Part shown: one piece after another, positions 48,486-62,700 of the stretch
Layout: each line of letters opens with the position of its first letter
Position numbering within the stretch: the first letter of the stretch is position 1
NCBI RefSeq assembly: GCF_964204645.1
Contig: NC_134035.1
Coordinates: 7,968,451-8,032,450 of the forward strand
DNA length: 64,000 nucleotides
Source: Tubulanus polymorphus
Taxonomy: Eukaryota > Animalia > Nemertea
Direction: 5' to 3'
The notes under the pieces: generated by a model
Told to the model about the DNA's origin: nothing
Database searches by the model: none
The model's input: only the letters and a program-made list of their open reading frames with translations
Translations under genes and position numbers: made by a program

Positions 48486-50277
48486 GCACATATACATGTA
48501 CTCCGTAGGGCGGATGAATATAAATATGTGATTTGTCCTAGAAGTCTACACTTGGCCTGGGTTCGATTGCCAGATAACTAGACCAAACTGTTCTTTCCGT
48601 TTGAAATAAAACAACAACAAAATGTTCATCATTTAACAATATTTTTACATTTATTATTATCATTACTAACTATTATTTATCAATCAGTAATTCAATATGC
48701 CGGCATATAATAATAATAATAATTATAATAATTATCATTACAATAATAATAGTAATATATATAATATTTAACAATCAGGCTATTGATGGATAAGTGAATC
48801 TTTAACAAGTAAAATACACATCGTACAAACATTTCTTGTGTATGAAGGAATAGTAGAAGGAATCGACCGATTTGTGTTTGACAATTGAATTCAGTGCTTG
48901 CCAATCAAGTTAATCGTGCAAATAACAACAAATCTTGGACGATCTAGGAGGTGAATGAACTGGTTCTGTAGTAGTCGCCTAATTATAAATCGAGATATTC
49001 ATAGTTAAAAACTTCAAAACATCAAACTCCATCAGAATTTCAATTCAACTGTGTAACCACGTTTTGAAGTGTCATAGTTTCAAAGCCAAACGCAGGGGAC
49101 ACAAACTAATATATATTTATAAAAAATATTCCATGCTTTTATTGATATTAGATTGGCACTCATGTTGTCACCAGAAAATATGTGTGGAATGACCAAAGTT
49201 ATCTATTCATCCTTAAAATATGGGAATAATCTGTCCAGATTTTTAGTTTATACCGAATGGTAATTTAAACCTTTAAGATTTCAACCATACAAGTCTACAT
49301 GTTTTAACAAATGTAACTGTGGAAACTGGTCCTGGTGATAGCTCATCATAAAACCATTGTTATATTGCATGCTATTGAGCAAATAGGTTGGTTAGATACA
49401 TTAAACGGCTTGTCTCAGCTTGCGACATTAAAATGAGATAATCTTACGAAATCTCTGACCAATATTTGACTTACATCATCTGAGCTCTCAGATATTATCT
49501 CAGCTGATCGCTTAGAAGTGCTATAGGCTTTGAGTGCTGGAGGTTACCACAGGAAGTGCGCGTAATGCTAAATAGAGTAAGTACAGTATTTAGAATAATG
49601 CTTTCTACTTTCACACTTAAACATTGAGAATGAATAAGGTTTCTCTCCTATTTCGGAGAAGTGCAGTGATCGTCTAACATCTAAATGTGGTGCTCGTAAC
49701 CTGGATGTTGGTACCATGAACCTACTGAGAAATAACTGATGACGCTGAGATACAGTTGTGTTTTATCTATCAATCCACAGCCTCAACCCTCCCCTTTTAG
49801 ACGCATGAAACTCCATCATCATTTACTGATTGTCCGCACCTCATCAACAAACTGAAAACCTGAACAACAAAATACCTGCATCGAAGCCATTTTACAAGAT
49901 ACCAGTTTAGTCGCTACATTTCGCTAAAATACAATTTCTATATTATTTTCACAATGAATTCTATCTATGTCGATATACAATAAAGTGTTGCTTTACTGTA
50001 GCACCCGGGCAGGGCGGGGCAGATGGAGGGCAGGCCAGACGGAGGGTGGTGAAGTTCTATCAATTAGCGAAAACCATATACATGTATTACATACCACATT
50101 TCATTTATCCTGTTAACACATCCGCGATTAACGATAAAAGCCCTTGTGTATCACTTTTAAAAATTCTTGGATTTCAAACATTGACTTTTCATTGCATTTC
50201 TTTGAAAAATTAGCTTCAGAAAGTTCCATGTTAAATCCTAGAGCAAAAAGAATGGAAATCATTGTCAATACCAATAC

Positions 50278-50568
50278 TTAACCCTTTCAATGCCTTTACA
50301 CTGCAGTGTGGTGTATAAATCGGTGGTGAACTTTTGTGTAAATTGGTGATGAACTTTGCTAGTACCTGTACATTATCACCAGTGCATCATGATATTAGTT
50401 ATTACCTCCATTGAAAAATGGCAGCACCTATCAAACACATTAAAATATCAATAACTAACGTCTACACCACAATAATACATGCACATTTATACATTACACT
50501 GGGGTGAAATTTTACAAAATAATCTTCAGAACTTCAGGGTAACAATTGTCAGCACTGAAAAAGGTTAA
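50278..50568. mobile_element. piggyBac-type MITE (TTAA TSD), family copy 1
   Basis: TTAA-CCCTTTCAATG ... CACTGAAAAAGG-TTAA; internal ctgcagtg.ggtgtataa and attgaaaaatggcagcacc. Confidence 0.8.
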
Positions 50569-53500
50569 CGCTCAAAACTCAAAGCCGTGGAACTGGATCA
50601 TCGCAATGGGGAATGTTCAACTGAAGTCATGAAATGTGGTGTATGGCTCTTTACCTGCTAATTAATCATCTCAAGAGTGGAAAATGTAATTACATCATTA
50701 CTGTACAAATACAAAATGCTATTTCTTTACAATTTACAGTAAATAAAGCATCTTGTGTGTTCTCCAAATTATTCAACATTTAATATTCAACACATTAACA
50801 CACTCAGCTTACATATTCTGTAATAATTGCACTGTAAGTAATAAGTAGAAAATACAATCAACAAATCAAACGATAACCTAATAATAAAACTCTTATCAAT
50901 CAGATCACAAAACATTCAAAACTGAGAAAATAAGTAGATTCAAAAAGAATTATAATAGTTTTGCATCATTCAGGAAAAAACATAATGCAGAGTTTTACAA
51001 CACTATGAAGACCGTTCTCCTCCAGGTTCAAGTGTGCACTTAACTTGCTGATAAACATATCATCTATTCAGAGAACTAATTATCTTTTTATAGGAAGATT
51101 GAGCCGAATGTGGTGTAGAAGTTTTCCGTGAAACATATTTTTCTCCATACTGCGAAACTGGGAACCCGCAATGCTTCTATATTTAAGTGCACAAATGTAA
51201 TGTCAAATGTAATGTCAACCAATACATGCAAATTCTCTTTTGAATATATAAAATCTGTAAAGGACTCAAACAAATGATATTGATGTAGGGTTTTTAAAGG
51301 TGCTCAAAAGCAATAATCCTATGAAGCAGTTGCTCAACCGTGGAGAGCTTGTCCGAAGCATTAGTTACACGCCGAAAAACGCAGAAACCGTTTAATGTAA
51401 CCCAGTAACTCGAGTAGTCAACTATATACAAATTACACCGCTAGAAACCATCACTCAATGGCAACACTGAATTACCGCTACGTACATAAACTACTCTTAT
51501 ATGTACAACGTCATCATTCATCTTAAATAAGATCTAAACATAAATTACTAAAGTAAAACCATTCGCTATAATATCATTCACACTGATAGATAACATATAA
51601 TATATAAATCATATATTGTATGCGTCGTAGTATATCTACATGTCATGAAACACATTGAAACAATGCCCTCGCTTGAGTTTTCATCTAGTTTGTTCAATTC
51701 GGTGGTGAATCATCAGTCGGATGTTAGGTCGGAAAAGTTATGATTTCAACTTCTCATTTCTAATCCCCCATACATATACACATGTACAAACATGAACCTC
51801 GATATACGACCGAGCTTAGCCGGCTTTTGATTCTATAACGAATCAAGCGAATCAACACTGGACTGAAGAAAATAACATCATTTTTGAGACAAACGAAACT
51901 GGAGCCTTAAAACTTTAATTGCCATATGAAAATCGTGAGTATTCTGACTTCTCTAGGGGTTCATTTCTTTTGATCCGCCAAAAATGACTACACCCAGTGG
52001 ACAACCCTCTCTAAATAGTCAGAGGAACCATAGCTACATTTATAAACTACAGTCGTGGTTAGTTCTAACAGTTTGTAAATTATTACAATCAAATACCATA
52101 CCTGGTAATTAATTGTCACACACATAACCTGTACACTTTGGCAATTTAAGGGTTAAGGTATCACACACGTTCCCAAATCAGTTTGATTCCAGTGACAAAA
52201 TTTCTGAATTTATCTGAATTTAAGACTTTATGCATCCGGCCAATATGAAGAGGATAAGACAAATAGGCCGAGAAACATCATCCAGTCCTGATTTGAAATT
52301 TAGTTTTCGTTCATGAATATCCATACAAGCGACAATATGAGTAAAATATGACTTAAACCGTTGTTAGATACTGAAACACTATGAAATTTCAATGTAGTGA
52401 AACACCTCGATATATTACACTATCACAGAATGATTACAAATACATCATTGCTACGGCAACAAATTTACAAGTCGTATATTTATTCGCAAAAATTCACTTT
52501 CTATACGCAAAATAGGTTAATTACAGTAAAAACGTGCGCGAGTCGGATTGGTAAACATTCAAGTTGGAAGGGAATGTTCGGTCTCAATTTTTTCTTCTCA
52601 TTTTCGAGTTCCGCCCCTCGAACCAAATACGATCAAAAAGTTTGAGATAAGGTAAGTGTATAAACGCTTCACCTCCTCAGCTTTCCTAATATACTGTACT
52701 GAAATTGAGCTCTGTCACATTTTCTAGTGGTGACTTTTATTCAAAAGCTTCAAAAGACTCGTGAGTTTTCCCCTAAGTCGTAAAAAAACTACCAGTCCTA
52801 ATACATCCGACTATCACACAGTTTACTGAATTAGTTTTGTGCGAGCGGTTGATGGGAGGGATCATAAGAGTTCGTCATGGACCTTTTACAGTGAAACCTT
52901 ATCATAACGAACTTCGACTTAACAAATCAAATATTCTTACCTCATCGATGAAGCTTCAGTTTTTACTGGTTATCTAATGTACATATTTTCTAGTCAGTTT
53001 AAGTTCATCATAATGAGGCCCCCCGTGCTGTACTGCTCATTTTTTAAAACTAATTTCGTGTAAATAGGTAGAAGCAGTTTCAATGATTGTGTTTACTGAA
53101 AACAGCGTGAAAATGGCTGATTTTTCTCAATTGAGTTAAACGTTTTTTTCGTGAAACCAAACAAACTCATTAATTTCTGAAATGGACATGAAATTACATT
53201 ATGTCTTTTACTTTCTATTTTTGATTTCACAGGTCCTGCGTATAAATGATAATATTTGATAAACTCGGCATTAGCGATATATCTATCGCCTAGTAAGATA
53301 ACCACGATTTACGCATATCTTCTCTTTGCCATTCTGAAGTCGCAGGTGATTCTAAATCTGGCCGACGTCGCGGCGGACGAACCAGAACTCGTGGTGTAGC
53401 AACCGTATCGAAAGCCAATCGAGAATGATGAACGAATCGAAACCAATTTCTACTACTAGCTTTTTAAAACGCCCCGAACAAATGCGTCGTGTTGAAGTCA

Positions 53501-53728
53501 TATCCGCGCTGAAAAAACTACCGTAATTGACCAGACAAAATCCCTGCCATTGTTTTCGTTTTTGTGTGCGCGTGAAGTGTTGAGCTGGCATACACGTATG
53601 TGTATATATAAAGTGAACGCTCGACGAGTTATTTTTGTTTATTTGCATGCGGATGTGAGGAGGATTTTGTGATTTGATGTCTTGTCAGAAAACGGCGCAC
53701 CGCGAGTGGTGAAGACGAGAGAGCGCTA

Positions 53729-56700
53729 TCAACATAATTCCACGTAATTGGCAGGATAAAGTCCGACGCGTCCGTCCTTACGTCCCCTACACCAGCCCTG
53801 AGCATCTTCGTCATTCAACTTATCGAATACATCACCTGAAACAGAAATAGGATAGAAATACAATCAGTTACCTAGCTTAAATCATATTCATTCATAATTT
53901 CTATCGTGTATCTTGTTGACTGGGCCATATCGTTTATTCCTGGGCCCGGTTTCACGAAAAAGTTTAAGCTTAAATCAGTTAAGTTTCAATTGTTGTCCTC
54001 ATTGAAAACATGAAGTAACAAATGGCAATTACACCAAATATTTGAGTTTAACTTTTTCGTGAAACTAGGCCCTGGTCCCAGTTTCATAGACTGAATGTCA
54101 AAAGTACTCCTTGGGGGATGATCTTCAGCACGGGCAATAACAGAGGTGTTTGTAGTTGAGAGGCCTAATGTTTGTATCATTAGTATACCACCGGAACTAC
54201 AAGCAAAAATCGGATATATCATCATCATCGTCGTTACGCGTTACGCACCTGCTTTAAAATCGATTTCGTCAGGTTCAACAGCTGCGTAATCGAATAACGC
54301 TCGTACCGGTACGCCCGGCGATCCATCGTCCGTTAAATCGTACTCGGTTTCCCAGTCGTCGTCGCCGAACGGATTCTGCGCATTCTGACCTTGGCTGAAA
54401 TAATACAAATCAAACAGATCGTTGTAGTAAAACTTTCATTTTAGATGGTTCTGCTCGACATGAAGTGTAGCCTCAACTACATATACATATATCGTTGAAG
54501 TCTATAAGACATACATGTATGAAAATCCCACAATACAAAAAGAAAATCGAGTCCAAAAAGTTTTCATTGAGTTAGTGATTTATTTCAACGTTTCACGACT
54601 ATATCATCTGTCATTTTCAGGAATACTTCAGTTACAACAGAAATGATGCAATATATATTTCATTCAGGATGAGGAGATTAATTAAGTACCATAATCAAAT
54701 GTGTATTATCAGTATATTTAAATTGTATCAGTTTTGATTACTTGATTAGTCTCTTTGTCTTGAATTGTATACGTATTTCATGATTCATGTTAAAACTCAA
54801 GTATTCCTGAAGATGACTACTAGGATATAAATGAAATGTTGAGATAGACTAAAGGTCTAGGAAATCTCCAAGGACTCAAAATTAAACATGTATGTACTTA
54901 TACATCTATTGAACAACTCTTATCTTTAAGTAATTAATTCATATCAATTCTAACCGTAGGTAGGATATTTTACCAGTCATAAGAGATATGATATATCACG
55001 ATACTACATGATGTAGCATAATGTACATAATGTTATTCTAGGTGCCAGTTCCACAGTTACGGGTGTAAAAACTATTGATAAAACGAATGGAAAATTCTTG
55101 TCAAATCGAACTTGCAGCTGTGCAACTGAGTCACCTTTCCTCTATTATAAGCGAACAGGAACACATCAACTCCTCGAAAATCCACTAGGTACTGCTAGTG
55201 ATCTTGTGTTTGTTCAACACCCACACTGTTAATGATAAACAATAGATATTTTCTTCGCAAGCATTGAGAACAGCATTTTTTAAGATTTGGTAAAGTTTTA
55301 AGACTTAAAATCAAGAAATACACTAAATCATAAACAGAGACCGATAGCCAGTCTAGAAAATCTATATTGTCTATCACTGACGGTGTGGGCACTGAACAAA
55401 ACACAATTTTGCCTAGTGGATTTTCAAGGAATAGGCCTCCCGTTTACTTTTAGTTCTTTGATATAAGTGAGTGAACGAGGAAATCGAACAACGAATTCCT
55501 TATTCATCGTCAATGATGCTTACGACGGTACAAAATATTATCAGAAACAAGCACTTGACTGAATGAACACAACATGCTTTGAGAATATGCTGTATGAGCC
55601 AGTCAGCAGTAGTAGTATATATGTGGATATCGAGTTCATTTTCTGAGAAAATTCATATATCATTACAAGTGCAATATAGATACTTTCTTCAGTCGCGATG
55701 TTTTTCTCATGCAAGACCCAGTTCCGCAGTTACATGCTTGATTTAACCATTTGTTTCCTTATTTGAATGTTAAGAGTGAGTTTTGTCAATAGTTAACCCC
55801 TTCAGTGCGTCTACACTGCAGTGCGGTGTATAAGTTGGTAATGGAATTTGCTAATACACCGCACCACAGTTAGTGATAGTAATTAGTTTATCTCTATTGA
55901 AAAAATGGCAGCACCTCTGAAACATGGTGAAATATTTATAGTAACGAACAATATACTGCACCGCGGTGTAGACACACTATACCGGTATGCCTGTCAACAC
56001 ACTAGGGTGGGTTTTGTTAAAATTTCAAATCATCTCCAGCACTTCAAGGTATTAGTTAATCAGCACTGAAAGGGTTAAGTTAAAGTTTTTTCATTCATCA
56101 TAATCCGGTAATTGTTGACGAAACTAAGACAAAAAGAGAAATAGTCAACCGTGGAACTGGCTCCTCATACATCATGTACATGTTCATGAACTTGTTCTGA
56201 AGTGCACATTTTTTTCATGTTCTTCAAGATGATTATTGGACTGCGCGTATCTTGATACGCGAAATCTTACGACTGGTTATGATTCATTAAATTGTCAAGC
56301 ATCAAAATCGCTCTCAGCAAATCTAATCAGATCAGGAAATAGGGGGAACGTTCAAAAGTAGAACATTAACTTCTCGAAGCGAATGAGAAACTGGATCTAC
56401 CAGGATATCGAGTTACTCGTGTAAACTTGTGAGCAGAAAAAATATTCAAAATGACTATAATTAATAGAATAATTGAAATAACCTTGGGCCGGTCATGGAG
56501 GAAGAATCAAACGTGAATCATCAAACTGCATTAGCCTAGCGCACTCAACACTCTACAAACATTTTCCTCGCTTGTTCCTCCAAAACGAGAAACACGGTTT
56601 TTACCGAAACACTCGAATGCGAAACCAGCACGATATACTGACGTTACGGATCACATGACTGATCAAAAAAGACTGTAGCGGTACTGTACGTTCGTTTTGG

Positions 56701-59700
56701 TGCGTTTCTTGTTTCACTGAGTCATAGCGGAAGAACTAAACATGGAAACACATGAACAGAGAATCTGTTTCTTGTTTCGAGGTTTTCTAGTTGCGTGCGC
56801 TAGGCTTAAGTCTGTAAATTAGAGCGAAGAAACAATGTATTGACACAGCAGACTGATGGACACCATTGAACGTTCGGTAAACCACATCTACTAAGATGCT
56901 TCACTGAATGATAATGGTTCCAATATAATACGATGATGGTAGCATAAAGATGAAGGTTACTATGTTTACCCATCAAAATCAAACCTACAAATCTTAAACA
57001 TTTCAGTTAATATTCTCTATTTGGTATTTGACTTTTCATAAAATTAGAGGCAAATTTGAATCATTTCGGCCCAGTTTAATGAATGCGTTATCGTGAAAAA
57101 TATTTGAATTAGATAGAATACATAGTACTTGATATTCCCAATACCAAAATGGTTTTCAGCTTTAACTATTAACCCCTTATACTAAACTGGACTATGAATT
57201 CCAATTTCCTTCGTTTCAAATACAGCAACGATCAACAAGTAACCTAGATAATGGACCACCAGCCAAAATTATGCTATCATCAATATGCACGTTAGTATCT
57301 AAATCAAAGATGGCGTTCTTAAATAATGCGAATAATCAGCAATAAGAAATGAACACACGTTGCGTGTTAAAGTGCGAATACAATATATTATTGAAATAAC
57401 AAGCGATCATTACATGGCAGGTGCGGAAATACTGCTAATAGGTGGCTCTGTCGATCCGTCTTGCTCGTCCGAAAATGGGTTCATACTATTGTCGTATGAT
57501 ATCGCCCGTTCCACTCTGCAAGTTTAATTTCACGACACATTAAAAAAAAAAAAACGAAAAAAAGGACAACACATGTTTCGAAAATATCCAGGTTCGGTTT
57601 TCATAGTTCCAACTAAAATCTGGGGGTTCATTTGATCATTAGTCAATTGATTTAAGACGAAGGGAAAATTGAGAATTTCAAAATTCGTATGCCTCATGAT
57701 ATTCCCTTTAACCCTTTCAGTGTATAAATCGCCGATGGACTCTGCTAGTACACTGCATCATCGCATCATCACAGTACAGTGTATTGATATCATTAGTAAT
57801 TAGTTTTTATCTCTATTGAAAGATGGCAGTTCCAGTCAAACGTAGAGAAATATTAGTAACTAATGATACACCGCACCGTAGTGTACATGCACTAAAGCGA
57901 TGTGCCCGTTATTCAACACACTGTGGTGGAATTTCACAGAATTTTCAAATTATCTCCAGCACTTTCGGGTGTTGATTAGTCAGCGCTGAAAGGGTTAAAA
58001 GGAACAAATTGGACTTAAACGATAACAAAAAATTCTTCAGATACAGGAATCAAAAAATAAGTGTACCCAACCGACTAGATACAAGGGCACCGGGTGTGAG
58101 CTCGATGAAAAGGCAGGCAGGAAGTGTTAGAACTCGAAAACAACAGACACTCAATCACAGAGACAGTCAATTTCAGTTCGCCGATGCATTATCGTACTAC
58201 GGACGCTTAAATCTAGATCCAATCAAAAATCTGAATTCATTTTTGAATTACCGTAACAGTATTTCGCATAGATAACGGACATATACGTATATATTTGTGC
58301 GATACATGTCGATAAGTAATGTGCGCGCGTGACCGAATACGTAGAATATACTTCAGTTATATAACATATATCAGTTAGTAGTAGTATTGTATAATGCATT
58401 GCGATGACTAGTAAAAAGCTGCCCGTGGGAGATGGAGGAATAGAAGCAGTTTAACCACTATCTAAAAATCCAGCAGCAGCCGACATGCTATTATTCCAAG
58501 TTTTAATTACAAACAGCGATGTAATTGAACAGCCCGACAACAACCTTCACCGCGTGAGAGATGGTGTGATAGATACTGATTAATCTCCACCTATTTTAAA
58601 TGTAGAACCGTAAGCCGAGCTCTAAGATGAGAACTGCATGCCAATAATGATATATCTGAACAATTACTTCGAAGGTTCCCGCGGTGCCTGCCTTTTCACG
58701 CGCTTTTTTGGAGAACGTTTTGGCCGCGGCGGTATGGATGACGTTATGCTAGCGGCCGTAGATGGTGCTACCGCGGCGCCATCGTCCGATTCGTCGGTCG
58801 CGGATTCGAATTCGTCTTTATCCGACGACGCCTCACCGCCCGGTACCACCGCCTCGGTTTCCGGAGACGCGTCCGGTTTTGAGTCCCTCTTTTCAGAAAT
58901 TTCAGATTCGATTTCTGTTTTAGCTGGAATGTTCACGCCGGATTCGACAATGGACGGAGTCTCCGCGAAAGCAACCGCGGCAGCGGCGCCACTGTCAACG
59001 CTCGACGTTTCGGAAACATCGGCGCTGGCGGCATCGGGGGCCGAGGCGGCGTCGACAACATCCTCGTCTTCTAAGAATGGGTTTAAATGCGGATCGTAAG
59101 AGTCTTTACGTTCTGCCGATTCCCTGAAAACACGATGTTAACAAAATACTGGACGTGAAACATCTTACACAAAGCGTAGATGAAGATAAATGGAATGTTA
59201 CAGGAAGCAGATTAACCCTTTCAGTATATCTCCACTGCAGTGCGGTGTATAAATCAGTGATGACATTGCTAGTACACTGCATCACGGTGTATTGGTGTTA
59301 TTGACGGTGTTATTAGTAATTAGTTCCTATCTCTAATTAAAGATGGCAGCAGCAGTCAAACGCATTTAAATAGTCGTAACTAACAATGATACACCGCACT
59401 GCGGATGGAAATTTTCAAATGATCTCTCGCACTTCACGATAACAATTAGTCAACACTGAAAGAGTTAATACATGTACAATGAATTTTGAATATAACGATT
59501 AAATCATTTTGCATAAAGAATTCTATAGTTATCATTAAGCAAGGTTTGTAAGTCATTGCTTCTAAAAAAACAAAGCTTCGAAAAAAAAGAAAAAAACATC
59601 AGCTTTTACATAGCATGTGTGTCTCTTTTCACATAATCCGGCACATGGAGGTCGTTCATTTTTTGTTTAAAAAATCATTATCAATACGATGATTATCAGA

Positions 59701-62700
59701 GACAGCACTGGTTTCCATTCAATGAAAAATTGACAAAATCAAAAACATGGCATTCAAATTTGAATTTTTTGTATTTAGATCTTTCATAGCAATAGGCTCA
59801 AGCCTGGCATAAAAATGATTCTACTTCACAATGTAACGCACTGCAGATCCAAATATGAGTGTTGCATGTAAAAAATATTTGTTAAGGTTCCACGTATAAC
59901 GACCAAGAGTGGTCAGAACATCTAAACCATTTTTCAGGCAAATAAGTCTCATGTCTGAAAATAAACATTTCGTGCCTATCCCAGGTATGATTGAATAAGG
60001 ATTGAAACATTCGTAAAACCTGTTACGCTTTATTTACCCGTAACATCGTAACACCCGTATTCAATTGACACACGTGCAGTTAATGACAGCCATGTTAACA
60101 ACAGCAAATGCTAGTGAATCTGCTATTAACGGCCAGGAGGAAAATTGCATGTACTGCCAATAATGTCACACAAACAGCAACTAAGATGAATCAAACTGAG
60201 TTTATTATTCAAGCACGTACCCAGTCTATCTTTCTTAACATTTACTTACGTTTGAGCCATAACAATGTCAAGTTAAATAGGCGAGACTTAAGATAACCCC
60301 AAGCTGTAGCTAATTTTGGTTCAGCGGCGATTAATCTAGCTTAAATAAATATTAACTGGATTCTCTGTTCAAAGCGTATATAAATTGAAGACCCGCAATA
60401 GAAGATCGACACGCTATTACAGCAGAACCTCGATAGGATTCAACAATATTCCTGCTTTATTCCGAGTTCATTTTTCATAATGACGCCTCATTTCTCTGGT
60501 AAGCCTATGATTGAGCCGAAGGTTATCGCGTGAGGTGTCAAATTTCATCACTTACTTTTGATTATTGGCCGTTGTGTTGTTGCTAGTTCGCGAGTCGAAT
60601 GCTTCGTTCGTGTACGGTTTCTGTTCGTCCGACGATCGCTCCGACGTGAAACTGCCCGTTTTCTGATGCACGATATTCGTCAACGTGATGCCGTCGTTAT
60701 TCGAATGGTTCTTCCGACTTTTCCCCGATATCGGTTTCAACTCCGTCGAGTATTCCTACGATCAATTCGAGAATGCTTGAAATCGTCATAAAGATATCGA
60801 ACTCAAAAAATTTATTACGTACGACTACTTCATTTAGAAAAAAAAGAAACTCGGTTTTAATTTCCAGCTATTTGTGCCTAATGACAAAGAGAAAAGTTCC
60901 ACACAGTAGCGGACTAGAAACTTAATGATCTAACTGTTAATCATGAATTTGAAAATGAACTTGTAATGTAACCCTCAACAGGTTATTACCATTATTATTT
61001 ATTGTTATTATTATTATCATAATCATTATCGTTATTCATCTTTGCATGTTCATGGCACAGGGGCACCTAGCCTCAGCACTTGCAACTGTGTACAGCTTTA
61101 AAGCAAGCTTGTTGTCCCTCTCCATATTGTAGATCAACTATTTCATGTATTTTGTTAATTATAAAAAAATTTTGTGGAGAAAATAAATCATATCAGATCA
61201 TAACAGGGTGGCCACTTTCCGTTTACCTCAAATCTAGGCCAAGCCATTGGCATATCGACGCCGCGATTGTTTGACCACCATTTTAAGTCTCTTTGATAAT
61301 CCGCGTTGCTTATTGTCGAGTGCATATCTTTGAATATTTGTGGAAAACTACAAAAACATAACGAAATGAAATAAAAAATGCTGTAATCAAAACCATAGAA
61401 ATCGTAATAAGGCTGATGTAACTGTTCTTACTCCAGGTTATCGCTTATCGTTACGCAAGAATGAATTCCGAATAACATCTCTTTGAAGAATTGCAACCGT
61501 TTCGACTCCATTTCTTGACACTTTTCGTAAACCTGTAATATGAATATAGATTACTGCACCAGTCGGCACCAGAGATGAACTCTAGATTACTGCACCATTC
61601 GGCACCAGACTATAAATTACTGCATCAATCAGCACCAGAGATGAACTCTAGGATTCTGGGACAATTCCCCCCTGGACAATTGCCCCCAGGACGTTTGCCC
61701 CCCCCGCACAACTGCCCCCCCCCCCCCCCCGCCCGAAGTAAATTTTATCCCTAAAGTAGCACAGATGCTTACTTCTGATAAATTAGACTAACTAACTTAG
61801 AACTAACCAAATTTAGACTAGCTAACTAACTTTAGCTAAATACTTTGTTAAACACTAAAACTCATTCCAATAAATTAGTCACTAATAAGTGGACTAACTA
61901 AGTTTCCTTTGATTTGGTAATTGGATTATAATTATTTGAGGATTGATTTTAAAGGTTTTGATGCGAAGGAAGAAATCATGGTTGTAAAGCCAAGGTTAAA
62001 GTCCTTGGTGAAGTAGTTGTTGGTCGAGTCAATGAGTATTTAGGTGGTGTTAATCCAGATTTAAAAGGATTTACTTCGGGCGGGGGGCAATTGTCCGGGG
62101 GGAATTGTCCTGATAGGAACTCTAGATTACTGCACCAGTGCACAAGCTTTATTTTGGGAGTAAAACTCTCGCCATTCATGTGGTTACCAGTACATATACC
62201 TAGTATAGTAGCAGATGGTGCATTTTGTTCAATCGGCAATACTGTTCAAAAGAATGATCTCTGATATATATGCATCGTCCTCCACCGGCATCGAGACTTG
62301 CCGCGGTACGAAACCCAACCTGATTAGCCTGAATGCGCAGCTGCTTACATGATGTCATCATCAGCCAATTAGAAATCTTGTTTTAATTTAGCCCAGGTTT
62401 TTTAATTTATAGTTTATCTTTGAGATTTGCCTCAGCGATTATACAACGAGCAATCTGATTGGTGCCTCAAGTTTTCTTGTGGCAAACCTGCGTACCCGGT
62501 CTACTGTGGCAGGGTTTCATACTGTGAGTCACGATGCCATTAGGTTTCGAATCCCTGCCAGGGGAGGACGCATATGCATTTACTTTGATTTACTCACATC
62601 AGTCATATCCTCTATATATTTCGGATTATATGCTTTTAAGTCTTCTAACGATGCTTTGTATTTGTCTTGAGTCGCGTCGACGTCTCTGTCGCATTTATTC

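Noticed and set aside
53726-53731. Stop-codon readthrough or selenocysteine at PACSIN TGA
   Set aside because: TGA is immediately followed by TAG and the SH3 domain is already complete.
58638-59099. 153-aa plus-strand ORF
   Set aside because: Antisense shadow of the GC-rich PACSIN cassette exon.
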